Notes: generated from the sequence alone by a model not told the origin. A DNA stretch of 64,000 nucleotides from Rubripirellula sp. (GCA_965216875.1 OZ244207.1:4128001-4192000), one strand, 5' to 3'. Positions 40,195-50,139 are shown, counted from the stretch's first letter. Numbers and translations: made by a program.

Positions 40195-41664
40195 ATGTCT
40201 GCCACAATCTCATCGCCCCCCGACATTGAAATCCGCGAAACCGAATGCTTCATCGATGGCAAATGGGTGCCAGCGGCGAGCGGAAAAACCTTCGCAACGA
40301 TCAATCCGGCGACCGAACAAGAAATCGCACAAGTCGCCGAAGGCGATGCCGCCGATGTGGATGCCGCTGCCAAAGCAGCCCGTCACGCTTTCGAAGAAGG
40401 CGAATGGTCTCGGATGGACGCCCGTGACCGCGGTCGCCTGATGTACAAACTTGCCGACGCAATGGAAGCCGAGATCGATGAACTCGCGCGACTCGAAACG
40501 CTCGACAACGGCAAACCGTTCAACGACAGTCGCAACGGCGACCTTCCGCTTTCGATCGATTGCCTGAGGTACTACGCCGGGTACGCCGACAAGATTCATG
40601 GCAGCACGATTCCGATTCGCGGCAACCACCTCTGCTACACACGCCGAGAACCGATTGGCGTTGCCGGCCAAATCATTCCGTGGAATTTTCCAATTCTGAT
40701 GACCGCCTGGAAGTGGGGTCCCGCACTCGCTGCCGGCTGCACGATCGTGATGAAGCCGGCCGAACAGACACCACTGACCTGTTTGCGTTTGGCGCAAATG
40801 GCACAAGACGTTGGCATCCCTGACGGTGTCATCAATGTCGTGCCCGGGTTTGGCCCCACCGCTGGCTCAGCCGTTGTCAAACACCCGCTCATCGACAAGA
40901 TCGCATTCACCGGCGAACACCGCACCGCTCAAACCATCACGCGTGAATCGGCCGACACGCTCAAACGCCTTACGTTTGAACTTGGTGGCAAGAGTCCGAA
41001 CGTGATTTTCGCCGATGCCGACTTGGACGCCGCCGCAATGGGCGCCTACATCGGCTTGTTCCTTAACCAAGGACAATGCTGCTGTGCCGGCAGCCGCGTG
41101 TTTGTCGAATCAAGCAAGCACGATGCGTTCCTTGAAAAACTGCAAGCCTTGACCGTAAAACGAAAAGTGGGCGACCCGTTTGCCGCCGACACCGAACAGG
41201 GCCCGCAAGTCGACAAGGCTCAGTTCGACAAGATCATGTCGTACATCGACAAAGGAAAGAATGAAGGTGCCAACTGCGTTGCCGGTGGCAATCGCGTCGG
41301 TGACCAAGGTTACTTCATCGAACCAACCATCTTTGACGGCGTAAACGACAGCATGTCGATCGCGACCGATGAGATCTTTGGCCCGGTGCTGAGCGTGCTG
41401 ACGTTCGACGACAAAGAAGACATGATCCGGCGCGCCAACAACACGTTTTACGGATTGGCGGCTGCCGTCTGGACTCGCGATATCTCGACCGCTCACGAGT
41501 TTGCCAAACGCGTTCGAGCGGGAACAGTTTGGGTCAATTGCTATGACGTGTTCGACGCAGCGGCACCGTTCGGCGGCTTCAAGATGAGTGGCTACGGACG
41601 TGAGCTGGGCGAAGAAGGCCTCAAGGCCTACACCGAAAGCAAGACGGTCACCATCGCGCTGTAA
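40195..41664 (+). CDS. Aldehyde dehydrogenase (ALDH1/2-like)
   Basis: [29 protein letters not shown] and EIFGPV. Confidence 0.95.
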   Translation: MSATISSPPDIEIRETECFIDGKWVPAASGKTFATINPATEQEIAQVAEGDAADVDAAAKAARHAFEEGEWSRMDARDRGRLMYKLADAMEAEIDELARLETLDNGKPFNDSRNGDLPLSIDCLRYYAGYADKIHGSTIPIRGNHLCYTRREPIGVAGQIIPWNFPILMTAWKWGPALAAGCTIVMKPAEQTPLTCLRLAQMAQDVGIPDGVINVVPGFGPTAGSAVVKHPLIDKIAFTGEHRTAQTITRESADTLKRLTFELGGKSPNVIFADADLDAAAMGAYIGLFLNQGQCCCAGSRVFVESSKHDAFLEKLQALTVKRKVGDPFAADTEQGPQVDKAQFDKIMSYIDKGKNEGANCVAGGNRVGDQGYFIEPTIFDGVNDSMSIATDEIFGPVLSVLTFDDKEDMIRRANNTFYGLAAAVWTRDISTAHEFAKRVRAGTVWVNCYDVFDAAAPFGGFKMSGYGRELGEEGLKAYTESKTVTIAL

Positions 41665-41673
41665 GCGAGATTT

Positions 41674-43104
41674 ATGAACGAAACGATCACGCAAGTCGCG
41701 GAACAACAATTCCAGTTCATGACAGCCCTGCCGTGGCTGTTGTTGGTGACGCTGACCCTGCCATTGTTGGTCGCGGCAAAGATGAAGATCTTTCCGACGC
41801 TGATTTGGTGCGGGTTGTTGGGGCTGTCGATGTTCGCCAGCTTCATCACCATCTTCCAACCTGTTGGCCTGGTCTTTGTCCTCTCTCTCGACTTGCTGAT
41901 CGTGACGGTGGTTGCGATCGATTTCTTGCTCGTCTTCTTGACGACCAACCGAGGGATCGAAGTCCATCGCGAGATGCCACGAACCTGTTCGCTCGGCGTT
42001 CCGCTCGAAAGTGAACTCACAGTCGAAAACCGGACGCCGCTGACGCTGCGTGGTTCGGTTCGTGATGACTTACCGCAAAACTTTAGAACATCGCCCGAGG
42101 AGCACCGCCTTTCGCTTCCACCAATGGGGCGAATGACAGCTGTTCGAAAGTTGACCCCCGGTCGCCGCGGCGCGTTTCAACTCGAGCATGTCTACTTGCA
42201 GTTCTACAGTCCGTTGCGACTGTGGACGCGTCACCGACGGCTCGACTTGCCACACAAGTTGAACGTCTATCCCGACATGAAGCAGCTTTCCGACTACGCG
42301 TTGCTTGCACGCACGAATCGACTCAGTCTGATCGGTGTGCGTCGGACACGACGCGTTGGCCAGGACAGTGAATTCGAACGCTTGCGTGACTACACGCGAG
42401 ATGACAACTACCGGCACATCGATTGGCGAAGCACCGCGCGGCGCCGAAAGCTGACCGTCCGCCAATTCCAAAACGACCAAAGCCAGCGCGTCATCTTTCT
42501 GCTTGATTGCGGTCGCATGATGACCAACGAAGCGGGTGGTTATTCGCTGCTTGATCACGCACTCAATTCAACGCTGATGATGGCGTACGTTGCGTTATCG
42601 CAGGGTGACTCGGTCGGAATGCTCTGTTTTTCGGACACGATCCATTCGTACATCCCGCCGCGCGGTGGTGCGAGCCAAATGAATCGGTTGATCCAAGCGG
42701 GCTTTGACCAATTCCCACGCTTGGTTGAATCACGCTATGACCAAGCGTTCCTTTATCTGTCATCCAATTGTAAACGACGTTCACTCGTCGTCCTGGCAAC
42801 CAACGTGATCGACGAAGTCAACGCGGCGTCGGTGGTTGACTACCTTGGCAACATCAACGGACAACATTTGCCACTTGGCGTGCTGCTTCGCGACCGAGTG
42901 ATGTTCGAGGCGGCCGATTCACCCGATGGCGATCCCTTTCAGATGTACCGCGCCGCCGCCGCGGCTGACATTCTGTTGTGGCGTGACCAGATCGTCAAAG
43001 ACCTGCAACACCGCGGCGTTCTCGTCGTCGACGCTTTCCCCGACGAATTGACAGCGCCCCTGGTCAACCAATATCTCGAAGTCAAAGCCAAACACCTGCT
43101 TTGA
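41674..43104 (+). CDS. Membrane-anchored DUF58 domain protein
   Basis: N-terminal TMs, EFERLRDYTRDDNYRHIDWRSTAR and LDCGRMM. Confidence 0.88.
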   Translation: MNETITQVAEQQFQFMTALPWLLLVTLTLPLLVAAKMKIFPTLIWCGLLGLSMFASFITIFQPVGLVFVLSLDLLIVTVVAIDFLLVFLTTNRGIEVHREMPRTCSLGVPLESELTVENRTPLTLRGSVRDDLPQNFRTSPEEHRLSLPPMGRMTAVRKLTPGRRGAFQLEHVYLQFYSPLRLWTRHRRLDLPHKLNVYPDMKQLSDYALLARTNRLSLIGVRRTRRVGQDSEFERLRDYTRDDNYRHIDWRSTARRRKLTVRQFQNDQSQRVIFLLDCGRMMTNEAGGYSLLDHALNSTLMMAYVALSQGDSVGMLCFSDTIHSYIPPRGGASQMNRLIQAGFDQFPRLVESRYDQAFLYLSSNCKRRSLVVLATNVIDEVNAASVVDYLGNINGQHLPLGVLLRDRVMFEAADSPDGDPFQMYRAAAAADILLWRDQIVKDLQHRGVLVVDAFPDELTAPLVNQYLEVKAKHLL

Positions 43105-43116
43105 GCATCCACGCCA

Positions 43117-43283
43117 CGTGAGCCGAAGGCGCTAGCCTCGGGCCACAGATACAAAGACGAAAGGCCCCTGACAAGCACGGCCACGCAAGGCCCGACGCTA
43201 GCGCGTTCGGCTCACGATTCGTTCGTAGTACCGCCTTTAGGCGGAAGAGCATGCAGATTCCGGCAAAAGCCGGTACGACGAAC
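43117..43283. repeat. REP cluster (CGTGAGCCG doublet and GTAG doublet)
   Basis: CGTGAGCCGAA...TTCGGCTCACG (43117-43216) and GTTCGTAGTACCG...CGGTACGACGAAC (43221-43283), between convergent genes. Confidence 0.85.
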
Positions 43284-43285
43284 GG

Positions 43286-43990
43286 TTAATTGGAATTCGG
43301 TCTCAATCCGGCCGTGGTGGCTCGGCGGACGGGTTGGCGGTTGAGGTAGCCGCGGACCACTTCGTCATGACGAATCCCGAGCTGCGATCGCGAAGACTCC
43401 GTTTTCCCCTCGGGCGCGACCACCAGCACTGCGTTCTGTTGCCAAGTTTGCTGGAAATGCGATGCCGAAATCCGCAGGTTTCCTCGCAGCGGGTCCGCAA
43501 GGAAGACGCATCCCGCCGCAACACCTCGATAGACGACAAAATGGTTCGTCCCGCCGATATCGACAACGACAATCAAAGGCACTTTGCTGCCGGTAAGATC
43601 CGCAAACGAAACCTCGCCGACGCTTGCCAAGAACCCCATCTCCTTTGCCGCATCCGAAACATCAGCCATCGTCAGGCCTTCGCGTTCGCGGTCACGTAGC
43701 TGTGCGCTACTCAACATGTTTTCGACAACGCCAAGCACCATCGGCTCGTTGACATCGTACCCCCAGTAGTACCTTAACAGCGTTGCCAGCGCCGCTGCGC
43801 CACACGAGTAGTCGCGTTGCTGCATCACAATGTTGCGGTTTTTGATTTCGCGCCAACTAAAGACCGGCTTGGCCGCTTGAAAGGCTGAATCACGAACCAC
43901 AGCTCGCGAGCTGACTTGCGCGTGGGCCGAAGTCGATGTGACAAAACCTGCAACGCAAAACGCGATCACCGCAACGGTGGTTTGCCGCAT
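43286..43990 (-). CDS. Stand-alone periplasmic C39 peptidase, FapD-like
   Basis: Sec signal (MRQTTVAVIAFCVAGFVTSTSAHA), SWREIKNRNIVMQQRDYSCGAAALATLL, NHFVV and LADPLRGN; no ABC domain. Alternative start at 44023. Confidence 0.88.
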   Translation of the reverse strand: MRQTTVAVIAFCVAGFVTSTSAHAQVSSRAVVRDSAFQAAKPVFSWREIKNRNIVMQQRDYSCGAAALATLLRYYWGYDVNEPMVLGVVENMLSSAQLRDREREGLTMADVSDAAKEMGFLASVGEVSFADLTGSKVPLIVVVDIGGTNHFVVYRGVAAGCVFLADPLRGNLRISASHFQQTWQQNAVLVVAPEGKTESSRSQLGIRHDEVVRGYLNRQPVRRATTAGLRPNSN

Positions 43991-44010
43991 GCGTTTACTC
44001 GACGGGCTAC

Positions 44011-45270
44011 TCAGTAGGTCCATATCACTCCAGCCTCCATTCCAGGTGCTGAATCAGTCACGCCGAAGTTGACAAACGGCTCCACCAAGCGGCAGTTGTG
44101 TGCAATCGTCGCCGCTAATCGAATTCGTGACGGCTCGATGTCCGATCCAGGCAGATAGACTCCATCGACCTTGGTTTCGGTGACATAGGACCCAAGAAAC
44201 GCCGTGCTCAGCGTGATACGCTCATTGGCCGCAAAACCGACTCCGAGGTTGTAAAAGACCTGGTGCCCGAGATCGACGTTTCGATTCGCAAAACGTTCTC
44301 CGAAGTTGTACGTGTATCCAGCGCCGTAAAAGAGAACCAGCGGGTCCCAAGATCGGATCACCAACAAATCGGCACCCACGTTCCAAACTCCATTTCCCAA
44401 TCCGCTGCTGTTGATCACCAGCGGATTGACGTTGGTGTTTGTTGGTGCCGCGCCTCGCAGCGTCAAAACCGTCGACTTGCTGCGGCAGGAGTCCTGGCAC
44501 AGCAGAAACGTGCCGCCGAAAGTGATGTCGCCAAAACCAAAGTCGCCACCACTGATGTCATCGAACGAATCCGAAATCTCGGTATCTGAAAACCCAACCG
44601 GTGCGTTGATGAACAACTGAGCCCGATCGGTCAGTCCATACCGCACGGCCAAGGGCACGAACCAGTTTCGCTGACGAATTTCCAATCGATCAAGCACCGG
44701 ACCTGGACCACCGAGTGTTGGCCCGTGGTTTTCTTGCAGGCCATAAACCAGTCCCATGTCAAATTGCCATTGGCCCTGACGCAACAGCGGAGAAACACTG
44801 CGCAAAAATTGCGGCGTTCGATCGACTGGGGCTTCCCCATAGTTTTGGATCTGCCGTGCCGTCCGTTGGGCTGCGACGGTGTCGACGGGAACCGCGTTCT
44901 GTACTCCACCTTCCACACTTGCCGGCAATTCGCCAGCTGTTTCGACCGATTCGGAAACACCCTGCGTCAGAACCACGGACGCAACCTGCGCGGCCACGAA
45001 CGTGTCCGTTTGTGGCGAGTTGTTTGCGTCAGACGGAGTGGTTGCTAGAAGTGTCGCTCGAGCTTCGAGTGTCTCGAGCTGAGTCGTTTCCAACTGCGCG
45101 ACACGACCATACGTCAGTCCTAACGTGTGATCGAGTTCTTCAACGTTGTCCGCCTCGGTTGGTAGATGCTCTACCAATTGGGCTTTCGCAGTCACTGGAA
45201 CGGACGAGCAAATCCCGCCCGCCAGCACCACCAATGCGGTCCTCAACCGCCTAACCATTCGACCATCCAT
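44011..45270 (-). CDS. FapF-like (COG4313/SphA-type) outer-membrane beta-barrel transporter
   Basis: Signal peptide and long N-terminal periplasmic segment, then RYGLTDR, GFGDI, GNGVW, DPLVLF, GVGFAANERITLS and GVTDSAP, ending in an aromatic residue. Confidence 0.8.
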   Translation of the reverse strand: MDGRMVRRLRTALVVLAGGICSSVPVTAKAQLVEHLPTEADNVEELDHTLGLTYGRVAQLETTQLETLEARATLLATTPSDANNSPQTDTFVAAQVASVVLTQGVSESVETAGELPASVEGGVQNAVPVDTVAAQRTARQIQNYGEAPVDRTPQFLRSVSPLLRQGQWQFDMGLVYGLQENHGPTLGGPGPVLDRLEIRQRNWFVPLAVRYGLTDRAQLFINAPVGFSDTEISDSFDDISGGDFGFGDITFGGTFLLCQDSCRSKSTVLTLRGAAPTNTNVNPLVINSSGLGNGVWNVGADLLVIRSWDPLVLFYGAGYTYNFGERFANRNVDLGHQVFYNLGVGFAANERITLSTAFLGSYVTETKVDGVYLPGSDIEPSRIRLAATIAHNCRLVEPFVNFGVTDSAPGMEAGVIWTY

Positions 45271-45415
45271 GATCCACCGGCCTGCTTGTGAGAATGTTTA
45301 ATGTGGGAACAGTTCTCGCCCGGGGTGACGAGAGCGACCATCGGAACATCGCATCCGTGTAAGTTCCGAAAACAGTCTGCCGACGCAATGGTCGGCAGTG
45401 AAACCACGGGATGGC

Positions 45416-46456
45416 TTACCAGGCGAAACCGGTCGCCAACGTCAATCCGACCAGATGGCTATTCTGTTCGCCACCAACCGCACTTGCCGTTGCAAGACTG
45501 AAACCGGGGCTACCTGAGGCCGAAACGGCAATGGCATTGCCGTCGCTACCGCCCCAATACTGGTACTCGCCACCGATGCGGGCAAACATGCGGCCGTTGA
45601 AGCTGCGAACGTAGCGCGACCACTGCAAACCGAGTCCAACTTCGCCGATGAACATGGTGGTGTCATCCTCATCGACCGCGCCATTGGTGCTTCCCGCTGC
45701 ACCACCTGGTCCAGAAAAGGACGAGTGCGTGATTGCACTGGTGTTTGCTTCGCCAAAGACGGTTGATCCGCGTCCGTTGACGTAAAGCGACAAACAACGA
45801 CAACGATTGATCGTCTTGAGACCTGACAGACTAAAGGTCAAACCGGTCCCGCTGAAGTGCTCGCGTTGGTACGACGCCAAATTGAATACGTCACCGTTGA
45901 TCGCACCATACATGTTGTTGACGCGGTTGCGGCTTGTCTTTGCATGACGAACGCCAAACGTTCCGACCATCGACCAATTGCGGCGGCAAAAGTCTTTGGT
46001 CAATTCCAAGTCGATCGTGTAGGCGTTGAATCGATCGTCACCGCCGAGCGCTTGGACCTGGTTGCCAAGAATCGGAGCAGGAATGCCATTGACCGATTCC
46101 TGTGCGGTCAGTTCCCAGTAGCGAGCTTGCCAGCCCAGTCCGCTTTGGCCGACGTAGCCCAAGTTGATTCGAGGAGCGCCCTCAAGACGTTCCGATGCGG
46201 AACCAAAGGTTGAGTTGAGCGTGATGGTTGCTGGACCGAGTGGGTCAGTAAACGTGAACGCTGCCGCGCCCGAGTCGTAGATCGGGGCGAGGTAGGTTGC
46301 TTCGACGCCAGCGTAAAGCGTGCCACAGTCATCCGGACAACATGCCGATGCAAGCGCATCGCATTGATCTTCATCGCAGCACTGGTCGGCATTGAGATGT
46401 GGGGTGACACATACAAAGGCGACTGACAGCGCCCATTTGCAGAACCGTTTCATCAT
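45416..46456 (-). CDS. Outer-membrane beta-barrel (Lpg1974/BBP7-like) with a Cys-rich leader
   Basis: Signal peptide, CCDEDQC...CCPDDC, YAGVEATYLAP, PRINLGY, amphipathic strands and C-terminal GLTLATGFAW. Confidence 0.75.
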   Translation of the reverse strand: MMKRFCKWALSVAFVCVTPHLNADQCCDEDQCDALASACCPDDCGTLYAGVEATYLAPIYDSGAAAFTFTDPLGPATITLNSTFGSASERLEGAPRINLGYVGQSGLGWQARYWELTAQESVNGIPAPILGNQVQALGGDDRFNAYTIDLELTKDFCRRNWSMVGTFGVRHAKTSRNRVNNMYGAINGDVFNLASYQREHFSGTGLTFSLSGLKTINRCRCLSLYVNGRGSTVFGEANTSAITHSSFSGPGGAAGSTNGAVDEDDTTMFIGEVGLGLQWSRYVRSFNGRMFARIGGEYQYWGGSDGNAIAVSASGSPGFSLATASAVGGEQNSHLVGLTLATGFAW

Positions 46457-46881
46457 GTTTCTCGTCCGTGAGTAAGAGATCAAATTCGCCAGGCGGTCGT
46501 TCCTTCGACCAACCTCTTTCTTAGCTACGGCGGGGACTGCTGCCGCAATCCGGGGGTAGCGAGAACTGTTCGTCGGTGTTGATCGGGTTACTCCGCCTAC
46601 CCTGGCCAAGGATTGACAACACCCCCGAGTAACCCTGCCAGCGATCAAGAGAGGTAGAACGAGCAGCAACGACACAGACCGCACCACCCGAACGGTTGCC
46701 ACGACGCAACCCACAACAAGTCGCGGTTCGGCAAAACGCAACCTTCTGAATCGAAAGTCAAAGACCTCAAAACCCGAACCAATCCGTCGGGCGCAATCGT
46801 TGCGAACAGGCAAGTTTGCCAGTCAGAGAGGCTTCAGAATTCAGCTGCGGGTGCCCGGTGCAAATCCGTTCAGGCACGAAC

Positions 46882-46915
46882 AAAAAAAACGGGCCGAGTC
46901 GTATGACTCAGCCCG
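46882..46915 (-). terminator. Intrinsic terminator downstream of the small secreted-protein gene
   Basis: Minus strand reads CGGGCTGAGTC-ATAC-GACTCGGCCCG followed by T8. Confidence 0.85.
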
Positions 46916-46976
46916 CTTTGCGTAAACGAGGGTGATTTATGGATGCTCGCCCAAAGCATGAAATGCCTGAGATGGG

Positions 46977-47339
46977 CTAGAAGCCACCAGCAATGGAGAA
47001 ACCACCAGCTGCCGAAACGTTGAACCCGGATCGGGCACGCGAGAAGTTTGCTCCCGCTGCAAAGCTGCGTCCGCGGAAACGGTAGCCATTGGCCGACTCG
47101 GAGTAACCATTGCGACTGGTCGCGTAGGCGTAGGAACGTCCCCAAACCACGCCACCTTGTCCTCGGATCTGCGAGCTTTCATTGCGGTCCATCGAACGCA
47201 TACCGCTCAATCCCATCGCGCTCAGGGCGTTACTACTGATTCCCGAGTCGCTCGTTGTACGGAACGGATCGGCAGCATCTGCCTGGGTAGTAATCGTCAA
47301 CGCCAAAGCAACCGCCAAAACACCTAACAGTCGATTCAT
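46977..47339 (-). CDS. Small secreted precursor protein: signal peptide, leader ending in IRG, then a Gly/Ser/Ala/aromatic core
   Basis: GAGG SD before ATG 47339; MNRLLGVLAVALALTITTQADA | ...AMGLSGMRSMDRNESSQIRG | QGGVVWGRSYAYA...GGFSIAGGF. Confidence 0.85.
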   Translation of the reverse strand: MNRLLGVLAVALALTITTQADAADPFRTTSDSGISSNALSAMGLSGMRSMDRNESSQIRGQGGVVWGRSYAYATSRNGYSESANGYRFRGRSFAAGANFSRARSGFNVSAAGGFSIAGGF

Positions 47340-47434
47340 CAAAGCACCTCGTCTTGTCTCAAGCAGGGTCTCCCGATGGTTGTCACCACCAAGGTGAGCA
47401 ACTCCTCAGAGAGGGGGAGCCGAATACCTGCCCC

Positions 47435-47463
47435 ATTAAAAGCACCGCCCCAATCATCGTCAA
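47435..47463 (-). promoter_or_regulatory. Candidate sigma70 promoter for the small precursor gene
   Basis: Minus strand TTGACG-N17-TTTAAT, a 5/6 match at both boxes, about 95 bp upstream of the ATG. Confidence 0.55.
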
Positions 47464-47641
47464 TCATTTATTCTCAATAACCGTCAAAAACCACGCCGTC
47501 CCTAAATGCTTTTCAATCGATCTAAATGTACATCTGTCGGCTGGCCGTAAGTGGGCAACAAAGAACGGCTTGCTGTACGGCATTTGATTAGGGGATTCAC
47601 GGAGATCGTTTGCAGCCCACAACGGTTCCTGACCGGTCACT

Positions 47642-49924
47642 TCATTGAGGCTCGGCTGGGATTCCGAGACTTTCAAGCTCTTCGTTGCCACGGGCAAACA
47701 GCCGCAAGAAGGTCGTGCGATGATGACGAAATTCGTCGGCAAACATCTCACGATCGGACGCGTACTTGCTCTCCTGGATATCGACGATGATTTTGCGCAG
47801 GCAATCGACCAGCAGCTCTTTTGCTTCTTTCTGTTGTCCGCGCTGGCACCAGATCTCCGCAAGGATGCTCATCTCCTCACATCGGTGCGCACTATCAAGT
47901 CCGTCACGAAGCTTGAGACAAAAACGTTCTGCATCATCGCTCAAGCCAACCTTGTAAGCGGCCGTCCCGAGCTTGCCGTAGCCAAGGTTGTGATCCCAAT
48001 GAGGCGAGAATGTTTCAATCAGTTCGGTGACATGCGCTGTCGACTTGCCCGATCGCTCACCCGCAGCATCGATCGCAACCAGCGCGTCGACGTATTCATC
48101 AAATCGATGTCCGACAACGCTAAAACTATCGAGCGTCGCTTCTCGGACCGACTCATCTGCATCGCCAACAAGCTCAAGGAAACGTTGATAGACACGGACG
48201 ATCGTTTCTTCCTTATTCGTGCCGTTGACTTCGACGCAAGCATCGACGTAACGATCAAAATGTCGTGCCAACAAACTATGACTGCCAAGTAGCTCTTCTT
48301 GTCGCTGAGGGTTTGCATCGCCCGCTTCGGACATAAACCGTTCGTAGGCTTCGATGATCGCCGCCGACGTGGGAACCGACTCTTGCAACTCGAGATGCTT
48401 CCGTCGGTCGAGCTCATTCTCGAATCCCAACAGCTGGCGTCCAATGTGGATCATGAGAAGCGCCCGTGCGTGCGTGCCTTCCGGCTGCTCAGTCGCCGGA
48501 TACCATCGACTGCGAGGCCCATCGAGCACGACCCAACCCTCTTCCCCGCCGCATTGAGCCGTTGCCAAGGCAACGAAATGGGAGGCGATGCCCAACTTTG
48601 GTGAGACTTCGGCGACGGTCGTCAGGTTTGCCGCTTCAAGCGTTTCGCCCTGCCACTGACTGAGCATTCCCGCGTATTCGTCGGCATCGTCCACATCGTT
48701 TTCATCGATCAGCGAAGCGTATTGCATCTCCCAGTAACAGTGGATTGCGTACACGTCTTCAGGAGGCCGCTGATGCATCTTGTAAGTGAAGAAACACCAA
48801 GTGGCACTTCCCACCAACCCTGCATCGACATCATCAGCCTCGAGTCCCGTTTGGTCTCGCATTCGATATCGAATCACCCAGAACGGTCGCAACTCGCGGT
48901 CTGGGGGCCAAGCGAGTTGCCGGTGGTCAACAATTTCCAACTCATCGGGTGCTTGCCCCAATTCATTCGGGTGCGCCAACCATTGCGAAAAGGCGGCCTT
49001 GGCCCGAAACGTGTCGTCTTGTGAATCGTTCGGAATCAAATCCTCGCGATCCAGTTCGGCCAGATAACGCGTCGCGACATCGCTATGGTTCACATCAAGA
49101 CAGTATCTCGCGAGGACCTTCAATCCTGATTCGCGTCCAAGTTTTCCCGCCGCCCAAGCCGCTTCCAATTGCACCGACGTATCGGCATGATCCATCGCCA
49201 GTGCCAGCAACTGGTCACGCGCAGGATTACTGATGAAGGGCAGTGCTGCGGTGGCACTGTGCGCGTAACTTGACTCACTCTCGTCAGGATTCTCCAACCA
49301 CTCGCGCAGCATCTGCCACCCCGCGGGCGAATCAAACGGATGGTCATCAAGTTCGCCTGCGATGGCTGGACCGTTGGCCGCATCAAGCAACGCGATCGCG
49401 AGGAAACCCTCGGGCAGCGGGTCACTCAGTGCCTGAAAAAGGTCATCACGATGCGGATGGCCGTCTGAGTAGATGCCTAAGATGACGTGCCAAAGGTATC
49501 CATCGGGCGCAAGCGGCAACTTTGCGGATGCGATGACTTTCTCGGTACCCGCGGGCGCACCGTACATCGCCAAAATCTTCAACACGTAAAGTAAGTCGCT
49601 CGGGTCGTCTTGATCAACCGTTTGCATCAGTTCATCAAACATGCGAACAAGTTCTGGCAGTCCCTCGAGGTAGAGCACTTCATACGCGGGAACGTCCGTA
49701 CCGTCGACATCCTGAAACAAGCCCGCAAGCGCATAGAGTGGTGACTGGAGAACACTCTTGCTCGAGCAGTCGGCAATCGAGAGGCTTTGCAGCGCTTCGC
49801 AGATTGCCTTGGCGTCTTTTTTTGAACTGATCGCGTAGTCATCCAAACCCTGCAACTCTTTGACCAAGTCACCGCCTGGTTTCATGCCGCGCGCGATCGC
49901 TCGGCGAAGAGGACTGCTAAACAC
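47642..49924 (-). CDS. Large acidic alpha-helical (HEAT/TPR-like) hypothetical protein
   Basis: 760-aa ORF with HEAT-like LAMDHADTSVQLEAAWAAGKLG and a TPR-like C-terminus. Confidence 0.7.
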   Translation of the reverse strand: MFSSPLRRAIARGMKPGGDLVKELQGLDDYAISSKKDAKAICEALQSLSIADCSSKSVLQSPLYALAGLFQDVDGTDVPAYEVLYLEGLPELVRMFDELMQTVDQDDPSDLLYVLKILAMYGAPAGTEKVIASAKLPLAPDGYLWHVILGIYSDGHPHRDDLFQALSDPLPEGFLAIALLDAANGPAIAGELDDHPFDSPAGWQMLREWLENPDESESSYAHSATAALPFISNPARDQLLALAMDHADTSVQLEAAWAAGKLGRESGLKVLARYCLDVNHSDVATRYLAELDREDLIPNDSQDDTFRAKAAFSQWLAHPNELGQAPDELEIVDHRQLAWPPDRELRPFWVIRYRMRDQTGLEADDVDAGLVGSATWCFFTYKMHQRPPEDVYAIHCYWEMQYASLIDENDVDDADEYAGMLSQWQGETLEAANLTTVAEVSPKLGIASHFVALATAQCGGEEGWVVLDGPRSRWYPATEQPEGTHARALLMIHIGRQLLGFENELDRRKHLELQESVPTSAAIIEAYERFMSEAGDANPQRQEELLGSHSLLARHFDRYVDACVEVNGTNKEETIVRVYQRFLELVGDADESVREATLDSFSVVGHRFDEYVDALVAIDAAGERSGKSTAHVTELIETFSPHWDHNLGYGKLGTAAYKVGLSDDAERFCLKLRDGLDSAHRCEEMSILAEIWCQRGQQKEAKELLVDCLRKIIVDIQESKYASDREMFADEFRHHRTTFLRLFARGNEELESLGIPAEPQ

Positions 49925-50073
49925 GCCATTCTCCTATCGAACTCCCAAATCCCGAGTTCCCATTGACGACCAACAACCCGGTAGCTGAAACCATATCAGA
50001 TACTGCACGCCAAGTGAGCGGCGAGCCACGCTGCATTCGCAGAGCGAAACGCGGCTTTCTTGAGAGCGCGTCC

Positions 50074-50139
50074 GTAGTGGATGAGGCCACGAATCCCTCA
50101 AACGCACCCAGCCCAAGGACTCGTTGCCTCGTCCACTAC
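50074..50139. repeat. GTAGTGGA-family REP doublet overlapping the monooxygenase stop codon
   Basis: GTAGTGGATGAGGCCACGAATCC...GGACTCGTTGCCTCGTCCACTAC. Confidence 0.75.

Noticed and set aside
46457..46813. 119-aa N-terminal extension of the barrel ORF in the track
   Set aside because: A clear signal peptide begins at ATG 46456, and the extension reads like translated non-coding DNA.
46790..46830. GGCAAAC-containing segment as a c-di-GMP riboswitch or sigma54 promoter
   Set aside because: The remaining GEMM elements are absent and the GG-to-GC spacing does not fit -24/-12.
47642..49924. Membership of the helical-repeat protein in the biosynthetic cluster or the Fap-like locus
   Set aside because: It is separated from the cluster by a REP-containing gap and from the precursor gene by a promoter region, has no signal peptide or catalytic motif, and adjacency alone is insufficient.
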